DNA from: Candidatus Roizmanbacteria bacterium
GTDB taxonomy: Bacteria; Patescibacteriota; Microgenomatia; UBA1406; HO2-37-13b
Assembly: GCA_038127095.1 (NCBI GenBank)
Contig: JAYPGZ010000001.1
Span: 72,205 to 136,204 of the forward strand
Length of the DNA stretch: 64,000 nt
Direction of reading: 5' to 3'
Shown: positions 38,214 to 47,820 of the stretch, piece by piece
Layout of the letters: each line of letters starts with the position of its first letter
Numbering within the stretch: the first letter of the stretch is position 1
Program-made: the position numbers and the translations under genes
The notes under the pieces: generated by a model
What the model was told of the DNA's origin: nothing
Databases searched by the model: none
Seen by the model: the letters and a program-made list of their open reading frames with translations, nothing else

Positions 38214-40366
38214 GAAAAACAACCAAAAAACAAACCAATGGGAAACATCCGAACAAGGTACTTATTACGCTGGATCGCTTTAATGTGAGTCGAAAGCTAA
38301 AAGAAGAAGTAGAGCTTTTAAGTATTGAAAAGGCAAAGAAGGTATATGAACTTAACAAAGTCCTGAAGGAATACAAACTTTATGAAAAGAAAAATACGGG
38401 ACTGCAAAAAATTGAGGAACATTTCTTTAATGGAGAACCAAAACTGCACCAAAATGCACTCACCCTGGCACTTCGGGAAGAAATTGGGCGACTCATGGAT
38501 ATTATCAAGTCACAACAGGAGATGATTGCCAAAGAATCATTTGTGCAGAATGAATTACCACAAATACGCAAGCCTGAGTTTGTTGCAAGCAACAATCCGA
38601 TCAAGCTACTTCGCAATTACCGAGCATATAAAAAAGAATTGCAAGAATATCATCAGGCTATCCATGAATCAAATATAACTGATTTTCATTTTGTCCTTGA
38701 AAAAGATGAAAAAGGATTAGTCATTGAGCGAGATGGAACCAAGAAATACAAAGCAGACTATTTACAGGAAAAAAGTTCTCATTTGCAAGTCGGTGAAAAA
38801 GTCAGGCGATTCTACTATTTAGCTGATATTCCCGCTTACTTAAGTCCCTATGTGTTTTTTAGACTGCTAACTTCCAGTTTACCGTTTACCTTAAGCGTCT
38901 TTGTACAACCAACACCGAGTGGTGAACTTTTGAAAAAAGCCAGACAAAGACTCTCTGTCTTGGAAATGCAGCAAAACGATCGGTTGAAAGCTGGAAAACT
39001 CAGAGATCAACAGATTGATAAAAATATCGAGGAGGTTATGTCCTTTATTGATGAACTTGTGCATGAAGCCGAGAAAGGGATTGTGTATTCATTGTATTTA
39101 CAGCTTGAAGCTGACAGTGAAAAAAAACTCGCTGCGCTTCATAAGCAACTCCAAAACGTAACAAGTGCGATGGATATTACATTTAATCAATATACCTTCG
39201 GTCACAAGAGAGCATTCAAGAATTTCTTACCCTTTAATCAAGATCATGTCAAAGAAAATAGGATTTTGCAGTCAACGGCAGCTTCATACTTGATGCCGTT
39301 TGTGTCAAAACAGTTAAATGATCACAATGGTATTTTTATGGGTGTGAATGCATACAATAATAGCTTGGTGTTTATTGATCCATTTACCTCCCGAAACAAT
39401 AATATCAACATCTTTGGTGTCTCGGGGTCTGGTAAAAGTGTGACAGCTAAAACCTTGATGAACCGCCTCTATATGCGTGGTGTGCAAATCATTGTCATTG
39501 ATCCTGAAGGAGAATATATTGATCTTGCCAGATCTTTAGGAGGAGAAGTTATTCAATTTTCGAGAGAGAATGGGATTAACCCTTTTTATATCAATAGCTC
39601 TAATGAAAATGATATTTTAGATCATATCTCAACGCTTAAAACCTTCTTCAAATTCTTTATCCCCGAACACCACTACGATGGCGCACTTTTAGATGAAAAG
39701 CTCATTAAGCTCTATGACAGCTCATCGCCGTCATTTGAGAACTTACTGGAGCTTCTAGGTGATAGTCCCATGACACGAGATTTGAGTGTGTTATCAGATG
39801 GAAGTTTGCGGGGTGTATTTAACTCAACTCGACGACTTGAGCTCAATAACGACATCATTGTCCTTGATTTGCATGACCTGAAAAAAGATGAGAAACGAGA
39901 TCCTGCCATCTATCTTTTGACGTCGCTTATTTGGAACTTGGTTAATAAGGCAAATGGTAAGAAACGCATGCTCTTTATTGATGAAGCGCACAAGTTACTG
40001 GTTGATCCAGAGGTCGCTGTATTCTACCGAGAATTGGTCAAGCAGGCTCGTAAGCGCAATGTGGGAGTCGTGTCGATTACGCAGGATGTCGAAGACTTTT
40101 TGCATAATGAATATGGCAAAGCGATTATTACGAACTCTGAAACAAAAATTTTACTCAAGCAATCATATGCCACGCTTGATCAGATTGGCACGATTTACCC
40201 CATGACGGATGAGGAAAAACAGCAATTGGGACATTTGGAGATTGGAGAAGTAGTACTTTTCAGAGAAGGAGAACATATTCGACTCAATATCTTAGTATTA
40301 CAACATGAGCAAAACTTAGTATTTACCTCATTTAGTACTTCGCATGAGTCTGATCAGCAAAGTTAA
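38210..40366 (+). CDS. VirB4/TraC/TrbE-like conjugative ATPase
   Basis: Walker [27 protein letters not shown], Walker B KRMLFIDEAHKLL, C-terminal ...VSITQ. Confidence 0.75.
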   Translation: MRKTTKKQTNGKHPNKVLITLDRFNVSRKLKEEVELLSIEKAKKVYELNKVLKEYKLYEKKNTGLQKIEEHFFNGEPKLHQNALTLALREEIGRLMDIIKSQQEMIAKESFVQNELPQIRKPEFVASNNPIKLLRNYRAYKKELQEYHQAIHESNITDFHFVLEKDEKGLVIERDGTKKYKADYLQEKSSHLQVGEKVRRFYYLADIPAYLSPYVFFRLLTSSLPFTLSVFVQPTPSGELLKKARQRLSVLEMQQNDRLKAGKLRDQQIDKNIEEVMSFIDELVHEAEKGIVYSLYLQLEADSEKKLAALHKQLQNVTSAMDITFNQYTFGHKRAFKNFLPFNQDHVKENRILQSTAASYLMPFVSKQLNDHNGIFMGVNAYNNSLVFIDPFTSRNNNINIFGVSGSGKSVTAKTLMNRLYMRGVQIIVIDPEGEYIDLARSLGGEVIQFSRENGINPFYINSSNENDILDHISTLKTFFKFFIPEHHYDGALLDEKLIKLYDSSSPSFENLLELLGDSPMTRDLSVLSDGSLRGVFNSTRRLELNNDIIVLDLHDLKKDEKRDPAIYLLTSLIWNLVNKANGKKRMLFIDEAHKLLVDPEVAVFYRELVKQARKRNVGVVSITQDVEDFLHNEYGKAIITNSETKILLKQSYATLDQIGTIYPMTDEEKQQLGHLEIGEVVLFREGEHIRLNILVLQHEQNLVFTSFSTSHESDQQS

Positions 40367-41111
40367 GACGGCTCATGCGTTTAAAAATGATCCGTTTGGC
40401 TTTATAGCTGATCTGGTCATTACCGTTATTGCCAACCTCGTTATTCCCATTCCTTTAGCTGGAGAAGCCCTGAAAGCATTTAAAGGTCCCATCTTGTGGC
40501 TCCTTGGCTCATTCATCCTCCTTGGGATATTTATGCTGATTGTCATCGGAACCGTTGTCTTTTCTCCCGTGATTGTCAGTACTACCTTTTTTGATCGTAT
40601 TGCTACACTTGGAACTCCAGGTTCGCTTAATGTTTCATATGATGGCACATTTGCCGAGACCTCTATCCCATATCAAAATCCACTTGGTGGAACTGGCATG
40701 ACCTATACCTCAGTTACTGCATACTTTCATGACCCTGCCTACTTTCTGCAATTTGGCAGGATTCATAACGGAATAGATTTAGTTCCAACCGACACATATT
40801 ACAAAAATAGCAAAACATATCAGGAAGTACATCAAGTGATCGCGTTTTCAACTATTAATGGCAACGCACGATCATATATTGATGAGTTTGGATCACAAAC
40901 GGTGGAAGTTACGAATGATGATAGTACCTTACAAGCTGTCTTTATGCATTTTAAGCAGATATTAGTAAATGATGGAGAAATCAAGGCAGGAACACCACTA
41001 GGCGTTATGGGGAAAACAGGGCTCGCGACTGGAGAACACGTACATTATGAAATACGAGTTAAAAGTGGTTCAAACTGGACACCGGTTAACGCATTAAGTT
41101 ATATACAATAA
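40344..41111 (+). CDS. M23-family peptidase (peptidoglycan hydrolase, VirB1-analogous) with N-terminal TM anchor
   Basis: HNGIDL...FMHF...GEHVHYEIR signature of LytM/M23 metallopeptidases. Confidence 0.7.
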   Translation: MSLISKVKTAHAFKNDPFGFIADLVITVIANLVIPIPLAGEALKAFKGPILWLLGSFILLGIFMLIVIGTVVFSPVIVSTTFFDRIATLGTPGSLNVSYDGTFAETSIPYQNPLGGTGMTYTSVTAYFHDPAYFLQFGRIHNGIDLVPTDTYYKNSKTYQEVHQVIAFSTINGNARSYIDEFGSQTVEVTNDDSTLQAVFMHFKQILVNDGEIKAGTPLGVMGKTGLATGEHVHYEIRVKSGSNWTPVNALSYIQ

Positions 41112-41115
41112 CAGT

Positions 41116-41868
41116 ATGAAAGATATTGCAGTTAATCCATTAACACAAGGACAACGAAGAATACTTCAATTAGGAGTAGTATTTTTACTGTGTATCTTTC
41201 TCATTGGATACTTTTTTATGATGAGTCGGACCAAAAATACCACGGTGTATTTGCAAAATGAAACTCTACAAGTATTTGATGAAACTATACCGTTTGCCTA
41301 TCCGGACAAATTGGAGCTGCACTTTCCCTACTTACTTGTTGTTAAGCCAGAAGAGCACAAGACACTTGTATATGATCTACAAGAGAAACAAAAAAAAGAA
41401 GAGGTTCAACATGTAATCTTAGACTACGCACAGGAACAGTCCTTATATAACGAAGGGGCCAGTTCATTTCTTAAGGGAGTGAGTTTAAAGGCTTTATGTG
41501 TAGAAGGAATTATTAAATCAAAGAGTGAGATTTTATGTGTCTCAGACAACAAGCTTTTAAGTGTTGATCCTATTTCTAAAAGACAAAGAATACTATATAT
41601 ATCGAGATATATCATTACTGACTTGAATTTGATTGGTGGCAAATATTACTTAGGAGAAATCGATCCTGGAACAAAGAAGAGTTACATTGTTACTGGGGGA
41701 AAACAAATAACCGTACCAAATGTTGTGAGTGTGATCTATGAACTCAATGGGAAACCATACTTTGTATCGCTAAAAGGCGCATTGAATCCTAACAAGGAAG
41801 AGTTTTATGAAATAGAACAGAACAATGCTGTATTGCGAGGAGAAAATAAAATCATGCTTTACGAATAA
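41116..41868 (+). CDS. hypothetical membrane-anchored protein
   Basis: 250-aa ORF, single N-terminal TM helix. Confidence 0.4.
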   Translation: MKDIAVNPLTQGQRRILQLGVVFLLCIFLIGYFFMMSRTKNTTVYLQNETLQVFDETIPFAYPDKLELHFPYLLVVKPEEHKTLVYDLQEKQKKEEVQHVILDYAQEQSLYNEGASSFLKGVSLKALCVEGIIKSKSEILCVSDNKLLSVDPISKRQRILYISRYIITDLNLIGGKYYLGEIDPGTKKSYIVTGGKQITVPNVVSVIYELNGKPYFVSLKGALNPNKEEFYEIEQNNAVLRGENKIMLYE

Positions 41869-41997
41869 TATGATTGCTAAACTGGTAGATAAAATTAAGG
41901 GAATCTTGAGGACTATTTTTCCTCGAAAGGGAGATATTGAGTGGAAGGAAATTAGTGGAATGGTGCGAGAGAAGAAATCAAAGAACTAAAATTATAT

Positions 41998-43446
41998 TTA
42001 TTCCACTACTCTAAATAAAGAGTTTATTTTACTAAATGAGAGCCCTGGATAATTCCATTTGAATCCATACGGGAAAAGGAAGCTTATCAAATCTTTCTTT
42101 TGACTAACTTCGCTATTTCTATATGTATTTTCAAGCTCCGTCATAGATTTTGTAATATATTCACTGGCGCGTTCTATAGTATATCGTTGTAAACGATCAT
42201 TGTTTGTAATTACCTTAATAGCTTTAATATTGTCATCAAGTTGCTCACATTGTTCCCTGAATATTTCATCAGAATAGATACCTGATAAATGTTTTTGAAT
42301 AAGGCTTCTTTTTAACTCGTGAAGCTTTTCAAGATGTCGCTTACTATTCATTCTTTTCTTGTCGATAATTGAAAATCTTTTCATATATTCATTTTTTACA
42401 AGTTGCAAAAAGATTTCCTTTCCATAAGAAGTAATAGTGATTGTCTCTAAAAGGTCTAGGAGCGCTTGATGAATGTGTTTTATTGGTATGTTAGCAGATC
42501 GACATATTTTAGCTTGACGACAGAAATAATAAGCATATCGGCTATTTCTTCCACTGCTCCAAGCACCCGTAAAGAGAGTTTCACATTTACCACACGTAAG
42601 TAACCTTCTTAAAGGAAAGTCTGGATTCAGTTGATTCCTGCGAAATAAAAATGGGTGTTTTGGTCTTCTATTATCAAGAATTACCTGAACCTTATTAAAT
42701 TGCTCCCTTGTAATCATAGGTACGTGTTGGCCTTGGACTTCCTCTTGATATGTCGGAGAATAGAGAACGCCCATATAAAACTTCGAATGAAATATTCTAC
42801 TTATGGTTTGTGGTCGTGTTGGTATTCCCCAGTCATTCATAATAGAAGTAATTTCTCGAAGAGATTTTGTTCCTGTTGACATCAAATCCCAAATTTTCTT
42901 CACCTTTTCAAAGGTTTTCTCATCTTTGAGCACAACTCCATCAAGACTTAGATAGCCAATAGGCGGATGCCCACTATACAGTCCCAATTTAAAACGTGCC
43001 CGCATTCCATTTCGCGCACGCTCACTACGAACATCATTATCAAGCTGAGCAATTTGAGCAAAGAAATTTCCAAGAAACTTACCCATTGGGGTATCATCCG
43101 TGGGTTCTGTAGCTGATATAAGTTTTATGCCAAGATTGCTAAGTTTTTGTTGAATCACTAAATAATCAAAAATCTGCCGTGATAAACGATCAGTTTTATA
43201 GATAATAACTGCCCCAACTTCTTTCTTGTTTTTTTGACAATATCCTAAAAGCTCAATAAGAATAGATCTTCCCGTAATAGTTTTAGCCGATCTCCCTTCT
43301 TCACGAAATACTTTATCTACAACATACCCTCGATATTGTGCTTCTCTCATGCAAATTTCTTCCTGAGTTTTTAGAGAAAAGTTTTCTACTTGTTCTTCTG
43401 TTGAAACTCGTAGATATAAAATGGCTTTTTTTAACGGTTCATTCAT
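41998..43446 (-). CDS. large serine recombinase (second copy type)
   Basis: AILYLRVSTEEQ catalytic motif, ...IYKTDRLSR..., recombinase domain and C-terminal Cys cluster (CGKCETLF...C..C). Confidence 0.8.
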   Translation of the reverse strand: MNEPLKKAILYLRVSTEEQVENFSLKTQEEICMREAQYRGYVVDKVFREEGRSAKTITGRSILIELLGYCQKNKKEVGAVIIYKTDRLSRQIFDYLVIQQKLSNLGIKLISATEPTDDTPMGKFLGNFFAQIAQLDNDVRSERARNGMRARFKLGLYSGHPPIGYLSLDGVVLKDEKTFEKVKKIWDLMSTGTKSLREITSIMNDWGIPTRPQTISRIFHSKFYMGVLYSPTYQEEVQGQHVPMITREQFNKVQVILDNRRPKHPFLFRRNQLNPDFPLRRLLTCGKCETLFTGAWSSGRNSRYAYYFCRQAKICRSANIPIKHIHQALLDLLETITITSYGKEIFLQLVKNEYMKRFSIIDKKRMNSKRHLEKLHELKRSLIQKHLSGIYSDEIFREQCEQLDDNIKAIKVITNNDRLQRYTIERASEYITKSMTELENTYRNSEVSQKKDLISFLFPYGFKWNYPGLSFSKINSLFRVVE

Positions 43447-43625
43447 AATAAATCGCTTTGTAATAGCTCATCTAATGTCTTCCCATCAAAGATGCTTCTT
43501 TCAAATGAATCGAGCCACTGCGTAATTAACTGCTCGATCTTAATTTGAATATCTTCTTGATCTTCATTATTTAGGTGAGTATCGAGTTTGCTGGTTATTG
43601 TTTTAGTCTCTTCTAGCCTGTTCAT
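43443..43625 (-). CDS. small hypothetical protein overlapping recombinase start (candidate directionality factor)
   Basis: 60-aa ORF, 4-nt overlap. Confidence 0.3.
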   Translation of the reverse strand: MNRLEETKTITSKLDTHLNNEDQEDIQIKIEQLITQWLDSFERSIFDGKTLDELLQSDLL

Positions 43626-43634
43626 ATATATAGG

Positions 43635-44105
43635 TTACTTTTTAAAGCTTAAGAAGCGTAGTATTTCATGGCTCATTTTTTTACTTTCAATTCTCCTCAT
43701 AATTTCTCTGCTACTATTTTGAGAAAGTATATTCAGACTGCCTTCCCAAATAATTTTTCTATCAATAATAGCAAGTTTTCGGTGAAAATTGCCCTTAAGC
43801 ATTGTTATTTTAACTCCAAGTTCATAGCAGGCAAGTATTTCATTAGTTGCTTGGTATTTAAGAAATTCATCATGCTCGGCAGGATCTCTAGTAATAATAT
43901 GAATTTTTACCTTTCTATCTAATAGGCCTTTAAATATAGGGATTAACATCTCCACTCTTGAGCTTGTTATGAAAGGACATTCGATAATAACCTCGGTCTT
44001 ACTTCTTTTCAGGTCATGAATAAACGCTTGATAGAAGGTATGCTCATCGTGTAAAATAGAGGTGGCCAAATCGGGTTGTGGTGTCAACCATTTTAACCAG
44101 TTCAT
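43635..44105 (-). CDS. PLD-family (HKD) Nuc-like endonuclease
   Basis: HRKLAIIDRKIIWEGSLNIL is an HxK(x4)D(x6)GSxN motif; ~155 aa like plasmid Nuc. Confidence 0.7.
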   Translation of the reverse strand: MNWLKWLTPQPDLATSILHDEHTFYQAFIHDLKRSKTEVIIECPFITSSRVEMLIPIFKGLLDRKVKIHIITRDPAEHDEFLKYQATNEILACYELGVKITMLKGNFHRKLAIIDRKIIWEGSLNILSQNSSREIMRRIESKKMSHEILRFLSFKK

Positions 44106-44215
44106 TGTTCCACCTCCTTTTTAAAGTGTTTGATGGCAATAAGGAGAGAAGCTTTTTCTTTTGGGTCAATTTGAGAGGTTAAATAGGTACGAACATCGTC
44201 CCAGATGGTGCACCA

Positions 44216-45934
44216 TTGTTTGCTTTCTATAATCCTATAGGGTATAATTTCACTCTTATGTTATCCAAAGAAAATATCAGTTGTCATCCTGCTGTGGCTA
44301 GAAGACTTTTAAAGGCAACAATGCTTTCGACATCCATTTTTACCTCTATGCTTTCAGACGGATCGGCTCGTGGGCAGGAGCCGTTGCCCCAGACGCCTAA
44401 GCGACCATTGTATGTGGTTGGCGATGATACTGCTTCATTTGAATCTACTGGATGCGATCGACTTGTGGCTCGTAGGGCAGGAGATACCCCACCCGATCAG
44501 ACCATTGACGTACAAGGACAATTTTTTGTTTCGGGCGGACATACTGATTTAATAAGAGTTGCTCAAACATCTGAAGAAAATGCGTTTCTTGGTGTGCAGG
44601 GAGTTGCAAATGCACGTCGTAATGTGCTTCCTTTGTTCGAACTGACAGAATCACAAAATCAAGCAGGTGAACAAGTTGATTTACAACAATATTTTATCGA
44701 TCTTGAAGATCACCGATTACCATATGGTGGAGGAGCGGCAGTAATAAAAGGAAATGAAACTGCTGAAGGAAGCGTTTTTCTTCTGGCCACTGTTAGAAAA
44801 GAATCATTTGAAGGACATTTACCTAAAAATGAGCCCGTCGATAATGTATGTGATGCACCTGTGTATGAATTAACATTCTTCCAGAAAGTAACAAGTCCAG
44901 ATACTGGGAAACCTGAATTGCTTGAAGTTGGACGCATGCCAACCGAATTTGGATTACTTGGCAAAATGCAATATGATCCTGATACCAAACAACTCGTCGG
45001 GTTATCGCATAAACGACGAAGTGGAAATGGCACAACATGTGATGATGGAATGTTATTTGTACAGTATCAAATTACTGAGAATAATGGGCAGTATGCACTG
45101 AATGAGCGGCTTTCGGTTCAACTTAATTTAGACGCAGATGCATATACAGGGGTTTCTGATGTTCGTGTGACCGCACTTAATCAAGTCGCACACGACCGAT
45201 TCATTGTTGCAAATGGAACTGCTAAAGCGGTACTGATTAATAGTCAATCGGGCGAACAAAAGATACTGACGTTATCGAATGGATCTAATATACGTGCTAT
45301 TGTGTATGATCCAAGCACAAAAATATATATAGTTTCGGGTGACACTTCCGTAGCAACAGCAAGACTAAACGGAACAGTACTTGAAAAAATTGATGAAGTT
45401 TCAACAAGTCCAACAGCTCCACAAACTGAAATAGTCGGAACAGGTGCACTTGCAGTGGTAGACGAAAAAACAATTGTAGCACCAGCCTCGGTTGGATTTG
45501 CAGATTTTGTTGAAGCTCGGTACGATGAGAACGGTAAATTTATCAGCTCTACATTTCAAATAGTTTGTAATAAAACAGTTGGTGATAATCCTGGGCTAAG
45601 TTTGCCAGCTTATGTGGCTTCAACGTACCAACGCGAATTTATTGGAGCAACACCTACCCCAGTAGCTACTGAAACTGGGACTGCAACACGCACTGATACA
45701 CCTGAACCGACACGGACAGCTACCCCAACGGCAACAGCAACAGTTACCCCCAGACCAACAGCTACTCGTTGGCCGCCTGCTACCAGGTTTCCGGAAGATA
45801 CTCCAACCAGACCAGCTCGTAGTGCCACACCTACGCGTACTGTGCGTTCTGATGCTACCCGAACTCCACACAGTCCATTTATAAAAAATTATATTCCAAT
45901 TGCGGTGCGATCTGCTCGAAATGGCCGACGATAA
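44216..45934 (+). CDS. hypothetical secreted/surface protein with Pro/Thr-rich C-terminal low-complexity tail (start uncertain)
   Basis: C-terminus TPTPVATETGTATRTDTPEPTRTATPTATATVTPRPTATR...; GC visibly higher than surrounding DNA. Confidence 0.45.
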   Translation: MFAFYNPIGYNFTLMLSKENISCHPAVARRLLKATMLSTSIFTSMLSDGSARGQEPLPQTPKRPLYVVGDDTASFESTGCDRLVARRAGDTPPDQTIDVQGQFFVSGGHTDLIRVAQTSEENAFLGVQGVANARRNVLPLFELTESQNQAGEQVDLQQYFIDLEDHRLPYGGGAAVIKGNETAEGSVFLLATVRKESFEGHLPKNEPVDNVCDAPVYELTFFQKVTSPDTGKPELLEVGRMPTEFGLLGKMQYDPDTKQLVGLSHKRRSGNGTTCDDGMLFVQYQITENNGQYALNERLSVQLNLDADAYTGVSDVRVTALNQVAHDRFIVANGTAKAVLINSQSGEQKILTLSNGSNIRAIVYDPSTKIYIVSGDTSVATARLNGTVLEKIDEVSTSPTAPQTEIVGTGALAVVDEKTIVAPASVGFADFVEARYDENGKFISSTFQIVCNKTVGDNPGLSLPAYVASTYQREFIGATPTPVATETGTATRTDTPEPTRTATPTATATVTPRPTATRWPPATRFPEDTPTRPARSATPTRTVRSDATRTPHSPFIKNYIPIAVRSARNGRR

Positions 45935-45951
45935 TGCTATAATATAGTATT

Positions 45952-46025
45952 GGTCGCTTAGCTCAGTTGGTTAGAGCACTGCGTTTACATCGCAGGTGTC
46001 AGGGGTTCGAGTCCCTTAGCGACCA
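45952..46025 (+). tRNA. tRNA-Val(TAC)
   Basis: Acceptor GGTCGCT/AGCGACC, anticodon loop TTTACAT, T-arm AGGGGTTCGAGTCCCTT. Confidence 0.8.
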
Positions 46026-46026
46026 C

Positions 46027-46470
46027 ATGAAGCAAAAGATTGTAGTAATTTCTCTTGTTATACTTCTTTTAGGTTCGATTTATACTCATCGTTCGCCCCA
46101 ACAGTTTGCAGATTATCCTCGTAAACAAGCCTGGTTGCAATTACAACCGCTAACTCTTATAGTAGCCAATACAGAACAACGTAAGATAACTGGATTATCA
46201 GGTAGCAAACCACTCAAAGATACCGAAGGAATGTTATTCCAGTTCACTGCCCCGGGTCGCTATGGATTTTGGATGAAAGATATGTATTACTCTCTCGACA
46301 TGATTTATCTGCGTAATAATGTTGTTGTAGAGGTTAAAAAAAATGTTTCACCAGAAACTTTTCCCGACGTAATTGTGCCAGCAAATGAATTTAATGCGGT
46401 TATTGAAGTTGTTGCTGGAATGGTGGATAAAAATAACATTCGCATTGGCGATAAATTAGTATATAATTAA
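46027..46470 (+). CDS. DUF192 family protein
   Basis: ...GLSGSKPLKDTEGMLFQF...GFWMKDMYYSLDMIYL pattern of DUF192; the ORF-track start lies inside the tRNA, so the start is moved to ATG 46027. Confidence 0.55.
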   Translation: MKQKIVVISLVILLLGSIYTHRSPQQFADYPRKQAWLQLQPLTLIVANTEQRKITGLSGSKPLKDTEGMLFQFTAPGRYGFWMKDMYYSLDMIYLRNNVVVEVKKNVSPETFPDVIVPANEFNAVIEVVAGMVDKNNIRIGDKLVYN

Positions 46471-46493
46471 TTGTTCTTACAAAGAACATACCT

Positions 46494-47117
46494 ATGCATT
46501 TTGATTTACAAGCAATTTTGCCAACAATTGGCTATATAGGAATATTTGCAATTATATTTGCTGAATCAGGTTTATTTTTTGGATTCTTCTTGCCAGGTGA
46601 TAGCTTGCTTTTTACCGCAGGATTCTTAGCTTCCCAAGGAATATTTGATATTCATATTTTAGCAGTAGTATGTTTCATAGCAGCGGTTCTAGGTGATAGT
46701 ATTGGATACGCATTTGGTACCCGAGTTGGAAGGAAATTGTTTTACAAAACCGATTCTTTTTTCTTTCACAAAGATAATTTAGAGCGAGCAAATATTTTTT
46801 ATAAAAAACATGGTAAAAAAACCATTATTTTAGCTCGTTTTATGCCTATTATTCGTACTTTTGCACCAATTGTTGCAGGCATCGGTGAAATGGATTACAG
46901 AACGTTTATTAGCTACAACATTATTGGAGGAGTTTTATGGGCAATGGGTCTTACATACGGAGGCTATTTCCTTGGAAGTCTTATTCCTAATGTAGATAAG
47001 TACCTGCTTCCAATTATTATTGCGATTGTATTTCTTTCAATTTCCCCTGGAATATATCATGTTCTCAAAGACCCAGATAGTAGAAAAAAAATTCTTTCAT
47101 TTCTTCTTAGGAAATAA
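46494..47117 (+). CDS. DedA/VTT-family membrane protein
   Basis: ...ILARFMPIIRTFAPIVAGIGEMDYRTF... DedA signature. Confidence 0.7.
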   Translation: MHFDLQAILPTIGYIGIFAIIFAESGLFFGFFLPGDSLLFTAGFLASQGIFDIHILAVVCFIAAVLGDSIGYAFGTRVGRKLFYKTDSFFFHKDNLERANIFYKKHGKKTIILARFMPIIRTFAPIVAGIGEMDYRTFISYNIIGGVLWAMGLTYGGYFLGSLIPNVDKYLLPIIIAIVFLSISPGIYHVLKDPDSRKKILSFLLRK

Positions 47118-47131
47118 TACTTGCAGATTTA

Positions 47132-47545
47132 GTGGCGAAAGTTTATAATGCCGACATGTTAAAAGAATTAGGTATGACTGCTCTTCTAGCGGTAAGCACT
47201 GCTGGATGTACCCCAGTTCAAGGGCCGCCTTCACCTTATAATCCCCGTCCCGATTATACAATTGGTTGTGATCAGCAATTAAGCTTTGAACTTGATCCGT
47301 ATGAACATGGAACAGTCGTGAAGTTTAATGGAAATCCACGATTTGTGGAAATAGGTGAGTTAGATATGGGGGAGGTGCCCGCGGATGTATATGCAGGAGG
47401 ACATGATCCACAAGTTACGATTGTTTTTGATAGCGACCATAAAACTGAAGAACTTAAAGTTGGAACTGGTGATAAGGTAATTATTGATGTGGAAACGAGA
47501 TTATATAGTGCAACAAAAATTCAACTTGTTCGATTTTGTGAATAA
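47132..47545 (+). CDS. hypothetical lipoprotein
   Basis: Lipobox-like LLAVSTAGC near the N-terminus. Confidence 0.4.
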   Translation: MAKVYNADMLKELGMTALLAVSTAGCTPVQGPPSPYNPRPDYTIGCDQQLSFELDPYEHGTVVKFNGNPRFVEIGELDMGEVPADVYAGGHDPQVTIVFDSDHKTEELKVGTGDKVIIDVETRLYSATKIQLVRFCE

Positions 47546-47614
47546 TGAACTTCTTCTGAACGTATTCACACCTTCCCTGCCGTAGTTTTTGCTATAATAC
47601 ATAGGTAATTGTAT

Positions 47615-47701
47615 GCCGGGGTGGTGGAATGGTAGACACGCAGGACTTAAAATCCTGTGACCTCAACAGTCGTGAGGGTTCGATCCCCTCCCCCGGCACC
47701 A
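47615..47701 (+). tRNA. tRNA-Leu(TAA), CCA encoded
   Basis: Acceptor GCCGGGG/CCCCGGC, anticodon loop CTTAAAA, long variable arm, T-arm GAGGGTTCGATCCCCTC. Confidence 0.8.
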
Positions 47702-47710
47702 ATCTGTTTT

Positions 47711-47785
47711 GCCGACTTAGCTCAGTGGTAGAGCAATGCTTTTGTAAAGCATGGGTCCGGGGTTCAAATCCCCGAGTCGGCTCCA
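47711..47785 (+). tRNA. tRNA-Thr(TGT), CCA encoded
   Basis: Acceptor GCCGACT/AGTCGGC, anticodon loop TTTGTAA, T-arm CCGGGGTTCAAATCCCCG. Confidence 0.8.
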
Positions 47786-47820
47786 CTTCTGAGGAGGGTA
47801 AGCCCTTATAAGCACACCAT

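Noticed and set aside
44150-44230. Possible attR copy of the tRNA-Leu 3' end (only a 7-nt GCACCAT match near 44195)
   Set aside because: Too short to be meaningful. Large serine recombinases need only a 2-bp crossover identity, so the island boundary cannot be set from direct repeats here
45610-45871. Minus-strand ORFs inside the Pro/Thr-rich region
   Set aside because: Artefacts of GC-rich, low-complexity repeats antisense to the 572-aa gene
45967-46026. ORF-track start of the DUF192 gene at 45967
   Set aside because: This start overlaps tRNA-Val; the start is moved to ATG 46027 (MKQKIVV...)
47592-47811. ORFs 47592..47786 (-) and 47629..47811 (+)
   Set aside because: Both lie entirely across the tRNA-Leu/Thr/Arg cluster
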